Translations under genes and position numbers: made by a program | Part shown: positions 21,790-36,283 of the stretch, piece by piece | Layout of the letters: every line of letters starts with the position of its first letter | How positions within the stretch are numbered: position 1 is the first letter of the stretch | The notes under the pieces: model-generated | Databases searched by the model: none | The model's input: only the letters and a program-made list of their open reading frames with translations | Told to the model about the DNA's origin: nothing | NCBI RefSeq assembly: GCF_001824475.1 | Contig: NZ_MHXN01000011.1 | Span: 7,918 to 71,917 of the forward strand | From: Phenylobacterium sp. RIFCSPHIGHO2_01_FULL_69_31 | GTDB lineage: Bacteria; Pseudomonadota; Alphaproteobacteria; Caulobacterales; Caulobacteraceae | Reading direction: 5' to 3' | DNA length: 64,000 nt

Positions 21790-23712
21790 GTGATCCGTTT
21801 TCCGCGTTTCGTTGTCGCGCTTGCGCTGGCGGCGACCTTTGCGTCCTGGACGGCGGCTGCAGCTCCGCTCTCCGCCTACGGCAAGCTGCCCACCATCGAG
21901 GCCGCGTCGGTCTCACCCAGCGGCCATGCGGTGGCCCTGGTCCTGACCGACGGCGAGGATCGGCTGATCGTGGTCCAGGACCTGGCCAGCAAACAGATGA
22001 CGCTTCGCGCCGGCACCGGCCGGGCCAAGGTGCGCCACGTGCGGTGGGCGGGCGATGGCCACCTCCTGATCATCACCACCGTGACCGCCAATCCGATGGA
22101 CGTCCGGACGACACAGCGCGAGTGGGCCATGGGTTTCAGCATGGACCTGAAGACCAAGAAGGTCCTGCCGCTGCTGCGCGACGCCGAATACGCGATGAAC
22201 ACGATCTACGGCCTGCCCGTCGTGCGGACCTACAACGGCGAGCCGACGGTCTTCGTCCAGGGCATCAAGTTCGTGAACAACGAGGGGCGCGTCTCGCTCT
22301 TCCGCATCGACCTGGATCGGGCCAGCAGCCGCATCGTCGAGGTGGGCGGTCCCGACACCCGGGACTGGGTGGTCGGCGTGGACGGCGAGCCGGTGGCGCA
22401 GGAACTCTACGACTTCAGGACGGGCCGGTGGGCGATCAAGCTGAGGGCCGGCAACGGCAGTTGGCGGGAGGCCCTCGGGGTGATGGCGCCGCTCGACCCA
22501 CCCTCGATGATGGGCCTCGGGCCGGACGGCAAGTCCGTCCTGTACGAGACGATCGACGGCGAGAAACTGGTCTGGAAGGAAGCGCGTTTCGACGATGCGC
22601 CGGCAGCGGCGCCGGTGCCCGTCTCGGGCAGCCAGGGCGCGCTCTACGATCCGCAGGACGGCCGCCTTTCTGGCCACTATGCCCTGGTGGGCGAGCAGGG
22701 CCGCTATACGTTCCTGAACCCCCAGGACCAGCGGATCTGGAAGGCCGTCACGGCGGCGTTTCCGGGCGCGATCGTCTCGCTGCAGTCGTGGTCCGGCGAC
22801 CGCAAGAAGATCGTCGTCCGCGTGGATTCGCCCGACGAGGGGCCGGCTTACGCCCTGGTGGACCTGAACACCCGCCAGGCGACGTGGCTGGGGCCCGAGT
22901 ACATGGGCGTCAAGGCGGCGGATGTGGCGCGCCAGACGCCGATCCGGTTCAAGGCCCGCGACGGGCTGGAACTCACCGGCTATCTGACCGTGCCCAAGGG
23001 GCGCGAGGCGCAACGCCTGCCGCTGATCGTCTTCCCGCACGGCGGTCCGGCCTCCCGGGACACGCCCGGCTTCGACTGGTGGGCCCAGGGCATGGCTTCG
23101 CGCGGCTACGCCGTGCTGCAAGTGAACTTCCGAGGCTCCGAGGGCCTGGGCGACGCCCTGCTCGAAGCCGGCTATGGCCAGTGGGGTCGCAAGATGCAGA
23201 CCGACCTTTCGGACGGCGTCCACTACCTCGCCGCCGAGGGGCGGATCGATCCGAAGCGCGTCTGCATCGTGGGCGCCAGCTACGGCGGCTATGCCGCCCT
23301 CGCCGGGGCGGCCCTGGACACCGGCGTCTACCGCTGCGCCGCCTCCTTCGGCGGCCTGTCGGACCTCGGACGGTTCGTATCCTGGTCGAGGGCGAAGCGC
23401 GGCCCGTCCGCCTTCCGCTACTGGACCCGCTTCATGGGGGCCGAGGAGGATCGCAAGGTCCTGGCCGAGATTTCGCCTGCAGCCCACGTCGACAAGGTGA
23501 CGATCCCGGTCCTGCTCATCCACGGCAAGGACGACAGCGTGGTTCCGCTGGAGCAGAGCCAGATCATGGCCGACGCGCTCCGCGGGGCGGGCAAGCCCGT
23601 CGAGCTGGTCGTCCAGAAGGGCGAGGACCACTGGCTCTCCCGCGGCGAGACGCGCCTGCAGACCCTCGAGACCACCATGGCCTTCATCGAGAAGCACAAC
23701 CCGCCGGATTAG
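21790..23712 (+). CDS. Secreted S9 family (prolyl oligopeptidase / acylaminoacyl peptidase-like) peptidase, catalytic triad intact
   Basis: GTG start and signal peptide. PHGGP, GASYGG (Ser at 23278), HGKDDSVV (Asp), EDHWLS (His at 23629). Confidence 0.93.
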   Translation: MIRFPRFVVALALAATFASWTAAAAPLSAYGKLPTIEAASVSPSGHAVALVLTDGEDRLIVVQDLASKQMTLRAGTGRAKVRHVRWAGDGHLLIITTVTANPMDVRTTQREWAMGFSMDLKTKKVLPLLRDAEYAMNTIYGLPVVRTYNGEPTVFVQGIKFVNNEGRVSLFRIDLDRASSRIVEVGGPDTRDWVVGVDGEPVAQELYDFRTGRWAIKLRAGNGSWREALGVMAPLDPPSMMGLGPDGKSVLYETIDGEKLVWKEARFDDAPAAAPVPVSGSQGALYDPQDGRLSGHYALVGEQGRYTFLNPQDQRIWKAVTAAFPGAIVSLQSWSGDRKKIVVRVDSPDEGPAYALVDLNTRQATWLGPEYMGVKAADVARQTPIRFKARDGLELTGYLTVPKGREAQRLPLIVFPHGGPASRDTPGFDWWAQGMASRGYAVLQVNFRGSEGLGDALLEAGYGQWGRKMQTDLSDGVHYLAAEGRIDPKRVCIVGASYGGYAALAGAALDTGVYRCAASFGGLSDLGRFVSWSRAKRGPSAFRYWTRFMGAEEDRKVLAEISPAAHVDKVTIPVLLIHGKDDSVVPLEQSQIMADALRGAGKPVELVVQKGEDHWLSRGETRLQTLETTMAFIEKHNPPD

Positions 23713-23714
23713 CG

Positions 23715-23761
23715 CGCGCGCTTGCGGCGCGCCCGGCCGCTTGGCAATCTCGGATTGCATC
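23715..23761 (+). repeat. 47-bp exact direct repeat, copy 2, upstream of the S9 paralogue
   Basis: Identical to 21726..21772. Confidence 0.95.
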
Positions 23762-23781
23762 GCGTGGGGCCTGTCGAAGTC

Positions 23782-25686
23782 ATGAGTATCAAGCGTTTCG
23801 CCGTCGCCCTGGCGCTCGCGTGGGGGCTGGCGGGGGCCGTGCAGGCTGCGCCGCTGGAGGCCTATGGCCGGCTGCCGGCCATCGACGCGGCCACGCTGTC
23901 GCCGAGCGGCGGCCAACTGGCGGTGATCGTGACCGACGGCGAGCGGCGCTCCGTCGCGGTCCAGGACCTGGCGACGAAGGCGGCCAAGGCGAGGGTGGAC
24001 TTCGGCGAAGTGCCTCTGGGCGGGGTCCGCTGGGTGGGGGAGCGGCACCTGCTGATCTACACCAGCGTCGAGTTCGACCCCGGCGACGTCACGGGTGGAA
24101 CGCGAAGCTGGCTTCGGGCCCACCTTCTCGATGTGGAGTCCTCGAAGCTGACGCCGCTGATGTCCGATGCCGCGGTGGGCATGAACAACATCGTTTTCGC
24201 CCCCATGGTTCGCACAGTCGGCGGCCGGCCGGCTGTCTTTCTGCAGGCCATCGAGTTCGTGAACCGCCGTGGCTACGTGGGTCTATTCCAAGTCGATCTC
24301 GCGACGGGCCGGGCCCGGGTGATCGAGCCGGCCGACGAGGGGATCCGGCGCTGGCTCGTGGATGTCGACGGCCGTCCCATCGCCCACGAGCGTTACCTGC
24401 CCAAGTCGGAGCGGTCGGAGCTTAGGATCAAGGACGGCAAGGGCTGGCGGGTCGTTCATTCGGCGGAGGGTTTCGCCGCCCGCGCTCGGATCCTCGGACT
24501 GGGGCGCGACGGACGGTCGGTGATCTATGCGGTCGGCGATCCGGCGACCGGAACGACATGGAACGAGGCCCGCACGGACGGGGCCCCGCCGGCGCCCCCG
24601 GTAGCGGTTCCTGCGCACCAGGTCCCGCTGAGCGACCCCTACGAAGGGCGGCTGCTGGGGCATTGGCAGCTGGACGGCGACGTGGACCGGGTGACCTACC
24701 TCGACCCGGCCGACCAGAAGGTCATCGACACCGTCACCTCGTCCTTCCGGGCGCTCACGGTCGAGATGAAGTCGTGGTCGCAGGATCGGCGGAAGGTGGT
24801 GGCCTGGGTCGACCAGCCGGGTGAGAGCCCGGCTTTTGCGCTCCTGGACCTCAAGGAGGGCACGTCGGCCTGGATCGCCTCGACCTACCCCGGCCTCACG
24901 CCTGCGGACATCGGTCCCAAGAGCCGGGTGCGGTTCAAGGCGGCCGACGGTCTCGATCTCGTGGGCTACCTGACCCGGCCGCCCGGGACGTCCCAGGCCA
25001 AGGCCCTGCCGCTGGTGGTGCTTGCGCACGACGGGCCGGCGGACCGTGACACGGCGAACTTCGACTGGTGGTCGCAGGCGCTGGCGTCCCGCGGGTATGC
25101 GGTCCTGCAGGTCAACTATCGCGGCTCCTCTGGACTTGGCGGGGCGCTGCGAACGGCCGGCGACAGGGAATGGGGGCGGAAGATGCAGACCGACCTGTCC
25201 GACGGCGTAAAGTCGCTGGCCAACGGCGGTCTGGTCGATCCGAAGCGGGTATGCGTCGTCGGCAAGGGGTTCGGGGGCTACATGGCCTTGGCCGGGGCGA
25301 CCATGGAGCCGGAGGTCTACCGCTGCGCGGTGTCGGTCGGCGGCATATCGGACCTGCGCAGGCAGGACTCCTACGCCAAGGCCGACAACGCCTCGGCCTG
25401 GCGGGGACTGGGCGAGGTGAAGGACGTCGAGGCCCTGGCGCGCTACTCGCCGATACAACACGCCGGCGACGCCCAGGCCGCGGTGCTGCTTATCCACCTG
25501 AAGGACGATGCGGCGGTTCCGGTCTCGCAGACCCGCGACATGGCGGCGGCGCTGCGCGCGGCCGGAAAGCCGGTGGAGGTCGTGGAACTGCCGGGGCAGG
25601 ACCGCTGGATGGCGCGGGCGGATACGCGGCTCGGAATGCTGACCGCGACGGTGAACTTCCTGGAGAAACACAACCCGCCGAATTGA
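23782..25686 (+). CDS. Secreted S9 peptidase paralogue lacking catalytic Ser and His (putative pseudo-enzyme)
   Basis: Collinear with the upstream peptidase, but GASYGG becomes GKGFGG, EDHW becomes QDRW and HGGP becomes HDGP. The reading frame is intact and full length. Confidence 0.88.
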   Translation: MSIKRFAVALALAWGLAGAVQAAPLEAYGRLPAIDAATLSPSGGQLAVIVTDGERRSVAVQDLATKAAKARVDFGEVPLGGVRWVGERHLLIYTSVEFDPGDVTGGTRSWLRAHLLDVESSKLTPLMSDAAVGMNNIVFAPMVRTVGGRPAVFLQAIEFVNRRGYVGLFQVDLATGRARVIEPADEGIRRWLVDVDGRPIAHERYLPKSERSELRIKDGKGWRVVHSAEGFAARARILGLGRDGRSVIYAVGDPATGTTWNEARTDGAPPAPPVAVPAHQVPLSDPYEGRLLGHWQLDGDVDRVTYLDPADQKVIDTVTSSFRALTVEMKSWSQDRRKVVAWVDQPGESPAFALLDLKEGTSAWIASTYPGLTPADIGPKSRVRFKAADGLDLVGYLTRPPGTSQAKALPLVVLAHDGPADRDTANFDWWSQALASRGYAVLQVNYRGSSGLGGALRTAGDREWGRKMQTDLSDGVKSLANGGLVDPKRVCVVGKGFGGYMALAGATMEPEVYRCAVSVGGISDLRRQDSYAKADNASAWRGLGEVKDVEALARYSPIQHAGDAQAAVLLIHLKDDAAVPVSQTRDMAAALRAAGKPVEVVELPGQDRWMARADTRLGMLTATVNFLEKHNPPN

Positions 25687-25701
25687 TCCGGCTCAAGGTC
25701 T

Positions 25702-25730
25702 CTTGTGTGGCCTCAATGCCACACTACATC
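25702..25730 (+). promoter_or_regulatory. Putative RpoH (sigma32)-type promoter of clpB
   Basis: CTTG-N18-CTACAT resembles the alphaproteobacterial heat-shock consensus CTTG-N17/18-CYTATNT and lies upstream of clpB. Confidence 0.55.
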
Positions 25731-25795
25731 GGGGTGGCCGGCGACCGTGCTTCTGTGGAGGCGGCCGCCGCGTTCCGCCTACCGAGGGGACCCGA

Positions 25796-28381
<2,586 letters not shown>

Positions 28382-28389
28382 GGAGCGCG

Positions 28390-28419
28390 CTTCCCCTCCC
28401 GTTGCGGCGGGAGGGGAAG
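28390..28419. repeat. REP-like hairpin / bidirectional terminator after clpB
   Basis: Perfect 12-bp stem CTTCCCCTCCCG-ttgcgg-CGGGAGGGGAAG. Confidence 0.7.
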
Positions 28420-28421
28420 GC

Positions 28422-28991
28422 TCAGAGCGTCACGGGCGTCGTGCGGCCGCCACGGACCACGACCCGCTTCATCAGCGCGACGGTCTGGCCGGCCCCGCCG
28501 GCGGGCCGGGCCACGGTGATGGCGTACCAGGCGCCGTCCGGCAGGCCGCCGAAGGCGAACTGGTCGGCGTCGTCGCAGGTGGTCCGCTTCACGAAGGGGC
28601 CGGCGTCGCCCGCCGGCGCATTGGGCGTCCGGGCGCGAACCTCGTCGGCCGGCAAGGCGGCCCGTTCGGTGGAACCGTAGAGCGCCGCCATGCGGCGGGC
28701 GGACCAGCGGGTTTCCGGGGTGAGCACCACCGCCGCGCCGGCGCAGGTGTAGCGCGTCGGGCCCTGCCGATAGGCCACCCGGCCGGCGATGATGTTGCCG
28801 CCGGACCGTTGCGACCAGGCGAAATCCGCCGCCGAAAAGTTCGCGCTGCCGCTCATGGGCGGAGGCGGCGGTGGGCGCGAGACGGGGCCGCCGGGCGGCG
28901 GGGGACCCAGGCTGGGCGCGCAGGCGGAGGCGAGGAGGGCGGCGGAGACGGCGCCGAGGATCGGAAGGCGGGGGGCGAGCATGATGGTCAT
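28422..28991 (-). CDS. Hypothetical lipoprotein with proline-rich linker
   Basis: Lipobox ASAC, poly-Pro linker, then a beta-rich domain with two Cys. Start probably MTIMLAPR. Confidence 0.7.
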   Translation of the reverse strand: MTIMLAPRLPILGAVSAALLASACAPSLGPPPPGGPVSRPPPPPPMSGSANFSAADFAWSQRSGGNIIAGRVAYRQGPTRYTCAGAAVVLTPETRWSARRMAALYGSTERAALPADEVRARTPNAPAGDAGPFVKRTTCDDADQFAFGGLPDGAWYAITVARPAGGAGQTVALMKRVVVRGGRTTPVTL

Positions 28992-29080
28992 CTTATAGGC
29001 GAATGCGTCCAAAGCTTGCCATAGCGCGGTCATCGTCGCTGGCCTAAGCTTTGCCTCCCAACCCCAGAGCGGAGGCTTCG

Positions 29081-29257
29081 ATGGCGCACAAGTTCGAGAT
29101 CTACAAGGACAAGGCCGGCGAGTTCCGGGTCCGCTTCAAGTACAATTCCGAAGTGATTTTCTCGACCGAAGGCTACGCCTCGAAGTCCGGGGCCAAGGAC
29201 GCCATCGAGAGCATCAAGAAGCACGTCGGCGCCGCCGAGGTCACCGAGGCGGAGTAA
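29081..29257 (+). CDS. YegP/DUF1508 family small protein
   Basis: FEIYKDKAGEFR.RFK...E.I..SEGY.SK..A..AIESIK pattern with a GGAGG RBS. Confidence 0.88.
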   Translation: MAHKFEIYKDKAGEFRVRFKYNSEVIFSTEGYASKSGAKDAIESIKKHVGAAEVTEAE

Positions 29258-29266
29258 CGCCGCCGC

Positions 29267-29695
29267 TCAGTCCTCCCCCCGCGGCTTGCCCCGCATCGCC
29301 TTTACGCTGGACCGCTTGGTCTTGCCCTCGAGCCGCCTGAGCTTCGAGGCGTAGGTCGGCTTGGTCTTCTTCCGCGGCGGGGGCGGGGGCTTGGCCGCCT
29401 CGCGAATCAGGTCGAGCAGGCGCTCGACCGCCGCTTGGCGGTTCATCTCCTGGCTCCGGTGTTCCTGGGCCACCAGCACCAGCACGCCGTCCATGGTCAG
29501 GCGGTTGCCGGAGAGCTTGTAGAGCCTGGCCCGAACCGGTTCCGGCAGCGAGGGTGAGCCGCGGACGTCGAACCGCAATTCGATGGCCGTCGAGACCTTG
29601 TTCACATGCTGCCCGCCGGGTCCGGAGGCGCGGACGGCGCGCACCTGCACCTCGTCGTCGTCCAGCCACAGGCTCTGGGTCACCTCGATCGGCAT
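29267..29695 (-). CDS. arfB: Alternative ribosome rescue peptidyl-tRNA hydrolase ArfB
   Basis: RASGPGGQHVNKVST (GGQ motif), RSQEMNR, and a basic C-terminal tail RRLEGKTKRSSVK. Confidence 0.96.
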   Translation of the reverse strand: MPIEVTQSLWLDDDEVQVRAVRASGPGGQHVNKVSTAIELRFDVRGSPSLPEPVRARLYKLSGNRLTMDGVLVLVAQEHRSQEMNRQAAVERLLDLIREAAKPPPPPRKKTKPTYASKLRRLEGKTKRSSVKAMRGKPRGED

Positions 29696-29756
29696 CAGCT
29701 TCGAATGCCACGCTTCGGCCTAGCCGACGAGAGTCCCGCCGTGCTAAAGCGCAGGC

Positions 29757-29834
29757 ATGCGTTCGTTCCGCATCCAGCTCGTAAACCTTCTTCCGACCGC
29801 CTCCGGCGGGCCGGTGAGGGATGTCGTGCGCTAG
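29757..29834 (+). CDS. Putative Ile/Leu/Val attenuation leader peptide (25 aa)
   Basis: Hand-translated MRSFRIQLVNLLPTASGGPVRDVVR*, with an I-Q-L-V-N-L-L cluster, directly upstream of a terminator that precedes the GNAT-ilvC genes. Confidence 0.75.
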   Translation: MRSFRIQLVNLLPTASGGPVRDVVR

Positions 29835-29864
29835 GACCTGGAAGCGACCGCAGACCGCCACACC

Positions 29865-29897
29865 AGCCCCGCCGGGATCCGGACGGGGCTTTTTCTT
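29865..29897 (+). terminator. Attenuator terminator upstream of the GNAT gene and ilvC
   Basis: AGCCCCG-c-CGG-gat-CCG-ga-CGGGGCT followed by TTTTCTT. Its 5' arm is complementary to GGCGGGCCGGTG at 29805..29816. Confidence 0.85.
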
Positions 29898-29933
29898 GGC
29901 CTCGATCCGCCCGCCCAACCGGAGACGAGACCG

Positions 29934-30440
29934 ATGGACCCACGCAGTTCCGATATAGTCGTCCGCGCGATGGAGCCGGCCGACATCCCCGCCGTGACCG
30001 AGGTGCTGGGCCAGCCGCGCGCGGTCTGGGGCACGCTCCAGCCGCCGTTCGTATCGGTAGACGCGCGGCAGAAGCGGCATGCGGAGACCGGTCCCGGCGA
30101 TGCGGGGCTCGTGGCCGTGCTCGACGGCCGGGTCATCGGCTCGATCGGCCTGCACCGCGATCGCCCCCACAGGCGCAGCCATGTGGCCAGCCTGGGCATG
30201 GCCGTCCACGACGCCTACGCGGGCCGTGGCGCGGGTGCGGCGCTGCTCGCCGCCGTCATCGACCTGGCCGAGCGCTGGTGGAACATCAAGCGGCTGGAAC
30301 TCAACGTCTACGCCGACAACACCCGCGCCATCGCCCTCTACGAGCGGTTCGGCTTCCAGCGCGAGGGCCTGCACCGCGCCTACGCCTGGCGCGACGGCGC
30401 CTATGTGGACTCGCTGAGCATGGCGAGGCTCGCCCTGTGA
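29934..30440 (+). CDS. GNAT N-acetyltransferase, YhhY/AaaT-like
   Basis: QP..VWGTLQ.P, RRSHVASLGMAV, GRGAGAALL, W.NIKRLELNVYADN..AIALYERFGF..EG...YA.RDG.YVD...MARL. This matches my recollection of E. coli YhhY. Confidence 0.85.
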   Translation: MDPRSSDIVVRAMEPADIPAVTEVLGQPRAVWGTLQPPFVSVDARQKRHAETGPGDAGLVAVLDGRVIGSIGLHRDRPHRRSHVASLGMAVHDAYAGRGAGAALLAAVIDLAERWWNIKRLELNVYADNTRAIALYERFGFQREGLHRAYAWRDGAYVDSLSMARLAL

Positions 30441-30455
30441 CGGCCCGTCCCTTGA

Positions 30456-31565
<1,110 letters not shown>

Positions 31566-31593
31566 TCCGTCGCGAGCCCAATCGAACGACGGG

Positions 31594-31629
31594 AACGGCC
31601 CGGGAGCGATCCCGGGCCGTTTTTCGTTT
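31594..31629 (+). terminator. Intrinsic terminator after ilvC
   Basis: AACGGCCCGGGA-gcga-TCCCGGGCCGTT followed by TTTCGTTT. Confidence 0.88.
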
Positions 31630-31736
31630 CGGGACTGTCACGAGACCATGCGAAATGGCCCCGACACACCGGTGTCACCGACTCCACGCAACCTTGGGGC
31701 CGATCAACCGTTGCTGTCACGATCGGGGAGGCCGCC

Positions 31737-31853
31737 ATGCACGTCGCACGCATCATGCTGAAGTTCCTGGGACTGGGCGTCCTGGTCACCCTCGACCTGC
31801 TGCGTCCCAGCCGCCCCGAGTACCGGCTGCCCGCGCGGTGGCTCGCGCGGTAG
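31737..31853 (+). CDS. Putative small membrane protein (38 aa), not in the ORF track
   Basis: GGGGAGG RBS. MHVARIMLKFLGLGVLVTLDLLRPSRPEYRLPARWLAR*. Upstream GCAAC-N16-CGTT at 31688..31712. Confidence 0.55.
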   Translation: MHVARIMLKFLGLGVLVTLDLLRPSRPEYRLPARWLAR

Positions 31854-31862
31854 GCTCCGGGA

Positions 31863-33710
<1,848 letters not shown>

Positions 33711-33811
33711 GCGATCCCCCGGGACAAAACGAACTGTGCCCGGAGTCTGACGGCGTCCGGCGCACCCCACCTCCCCAATCTGGGGGAGGGAGGGCGCGAC
33801 CGGCGGCAGGC

Positions 33812-34897
33812 TTAGCCGTCGTCCCCCCGCTTGGCCTTCATCCGAGCCCGGCCGGCCTTGTGGCGGCTGATCCAGAGCTTCTTGTTTTCCATGGCCGCGC
33901 GGGGGTCTTCCTTGCGGCGCTCGAAGGCCAGTTCCGCCTGCAGCTTCTCGAAGCTCTTCAGTCGCGCCGGGTCGAGGTCGCCCGCCTCGATGGCGGCGCG
34001 GACGGCGCACCCTGGCTCCGCGCCGTGGCCGCAGTCCCGGAACCGGCACTCCTCGGCCAGGGCCTCGATGTCGGCGAAGGTCTGGGCGACCCCCGCTTCC
34101 GCCTCCCACAGCCCCAGCTCCCGCATGCCCGGCGTATCGAGGATCAGCGCCCCCGACGTCAGCCGAACCAGTTCGCGGTGCGTGGTGGTGTGGCGGCCGC
34201 GCTCGTCGGCCTCACGGATCTCGCCCGTGTCCATCTTCTCCTCGCCGGCGAGGGCGTTGAGCAGGGTGGACTTGCCAGCCCCCGACGATCCCAGGAGCAC
34301 GGCCGTCCGCCCCGGCCGCAGATGGGTTGCGAGGGCGTCCAAGCCCTCCCTCGTCTTCGACGAGATGGCCAGCACCGGCGCGCCGAACGCGATGGCCTCC
34401 ACCTCCGCCACACGCGCGGCGACGTCGGGGGTCAGGTCGGCCTTGGTCAGGACGATCACCGGCTCGGCGCCGCTTTCGTAGGTGGTGGCCAGGTAGCGCT
34501 CCAGCCGCCGCAGGTTCAGGTCGGAGTTCAGGGACGCGACCAGCAGGGCGACGTCCACGTTGGTGGCCACGGCCTGTGCGCCGCCCCGGGGGCCCGACGC
34601 CTTGCGCACGAAGGCCGTGCGGCGCGGCAGGATGTGGTGGACCAGGGCGGTGGTCTCGCCCGGGCGAGCCTCCACGGCCACCCAGTCGCCGGCGGTGGGG
34701 CGGCCGTCCTCGGCGGTCGCCTTCATCAGGGCCCCGGAGGCGCGGGCGTCGATCTCGCCGCCGGGGGTGACGAGGCGATAACCGCCCCTCTGCTGGACGA
34801 TGATGCGGCCCGGGATCAGGCCTTGGGTCGCGAAAGGTTGGAAGTCGGCCTGGAGCGCTTCGGTCCAGCCGTAGTCGGAGAGTGCTGTGGTCAGCAA
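33812..34897 (-). CDS. rsgA: Ribosome small subunit-dependent GTPase A
   Basis: Circularly permuted GTPase (LTKAD, GSSGAGKST, GRHTT, DTPGMRE) with a C-terminal CxFxDCxHxxEPGC zinc site. Probable TTG start. Confidence 0.95.
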   Translation of the reverse strand: MLTTALSDYGWTEALQADFQPFATQGLIPGRIIVQQRGGYRLVTPGGEIDARASGALMKATAEDGRPTAGDWVAVEARPGETTALVHHILPRRTAFVRKASGPRGGAQAVATNVDVALLVASLNSDLNLRRLERYLATTYESGAEPVIVLTKADLTPDVAARVAEVEAIAFGAPVLAISSKTREGLDALATHLRPGRTAVLLGSSGAGKSTLLNALAGEEKMDTGEIREADERGRHTTTHRELVRLTSGALILDTPGMRELGLWEAEAGVAQTFADIEALAEECRFRDCGHGAEPGCAVRAAIEAGDLDPARLKSFEKLQAELAFERRKEDPRAAMENKKLWISRHKAGRARMKAKRGDDG

Positions 34898-35124
34898 CGG
34901 AGGTGTCCTTGATGTCGAGAGCCAAACAGGCGTCGACCGCGGATCATCCCCGTCGGGGAAGGGTGGGCTGTCAGGCAGCCGCCAGCGGGACGACGCAGCG
35001 GAGGGCTGCGCGGGCAATGGGCGACATGTGATCCTCTCCTCTGCTGGTGGCCTCGCCGGATGCGCGGGACCTTGGCGGCGGCCTCGCGCCGCGTCAAGAA
35101 GAGCCGAGCACGAGGAGCATGCCC

Positions 35125-35430
35125 ATGGCCGAGGTCGATGTCGTCAACAACACCGAAACCAGCCGCTTCGAGGTGAAGCTGGACGGTCACACGGCCTTTG
35201 CCGAGTATCGCCTGAAGCCGGGACAGATCGTCCTGCCGCACACGGTGGTGCCGCCGGAGTTCGAGGGAAAGGGCGTGGCCAGCGCCTTGGCGCGCGCGGC
35301 TTTCGGCTATGCGCGCGAAGCCGGCCTGAAGGTTGTCCCGACCTGTCCCTTCATGTCGGCCTGGGTGAAGAAGCACCCCGAGCAGCACGACATCGTCGAT
35401 CCGAACTGCCGCGAGACGCTGGGGATCTGA
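35125..35430 (+). CDS. Small GNAT, YjdJ / Acetyltransf_CG family
   Basis: RFE, HTVVP.EFEGKGVASAL, VVPTCPF. GAGGAG RBS. Confidence 0.88.
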   Translation: MAEVDVVNNTETSRFEVKLDGHTAFAEYRLKPGQIVLPHTVVPPEFEGKGVASALARAAFGYAREAGLKVVPTCPFMSAWVKKHPEQHDIVDPNCRETLGI

Positions 35431-35469
35431 CGGCGCGTCGACGCCCGACGACCTGCGATGTCGACCTCG

Positions 35470-36168
35470 CTAGGTCGCGCGCGCCGCCTGCTTCCGGCGG
35501 AGGGCCGCGCCTGCCGCGCCGAAGCCCAGGATCATGAGGGCCCAGGTCTGGGGTTCCGGGACGACGCCGCTCAGCGTGAAGGCGCGGTTGTTGCTCCGCA
35601 CGTAGGTGGAGTCGTTGGTGAGTAGGGTCTGGAAGGTTGAGCCGCCCGTCGAGCCGCTCCAGCCGAAGACCGGGTAGTAGTCGGACTGGTTCGAGAACGG
35701 AGAGAACCAGTAGGTCGTGCCTGCCGCGACGGCGAACTCCGTCGGCAGGACGGCCGAGAACTCCCAATAGTTGACCGTCGTGCCGGCCAATCCCCCGGTT
35801 CCCAGGAAAATCCGGCTGACGTCGGCGTCGGCGATGTTGGCCGTGTAGAGCTCCGCCCCCGGCGTGCCGGCGGCGTCGGCGAAGAATCCGAGGTCCCAGG
35901 ACAGGGTGTCCAGGTCCTGCAGGTTGAGGCCCTCGGCGAAGGCGACGCCCCGCCAGGTGACGGTCGTCACCCGGGCGTCCACCCCGATGGTGAAATCATC
36001 CCAGGTCCTGAAGGCATAGTCGGGCGAGCCGCCGCTGGCCCAGCATCCGGCGGCGCAGGCCACGTCGGTCCCGGGGTTGCTGAACAGCAGGTCCGCGCGG
36101 GCCGGCGCAGCGGCCATCCCGGCCATGAGAAGAATCCCTGCGCAAACGGCGGCCTTCACCTGAGACAT
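35470..36168 (-). CDS. PEPxxWA-CTERM sorting-domain surface protein
   Basis: Signal peptide plus C-terminal VPEPQTWALMILGFGAAGAALRRK. Confidence 0.92.
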   Translation of the reverse strand: MSQVKAAVCAGILLMAGMAAAPARADLLFSNPGTDVACAAGCWASGGSPDYAFRTWDDFTIGVDARVTTVTWRGVAFAEGLNLQDLDTLSWDLGFFADAAGTPGAELYTANIADADVSRIFLGTGGLAGTTVNYWEFSAVLPTEFAVAAGTTYWFSPFSNQSDYYPVFGWSGSTGGSTFQTLLTNDSTYVRSNNRAFTLSGVVPEPQTWALMILGFGAAGAALRRKQAARAT

Positions 36169-36283
36169 CGGCAATCCCTCCAACCCATCGCCTGCGCGAC
36201 CAATGGTCAGCGAACAAGATCGACGAATGCTCCGTCAAGGGGTGGAGGTCTTAAGGTTGAATTCGCGGAGTGAGATGCAAGTT

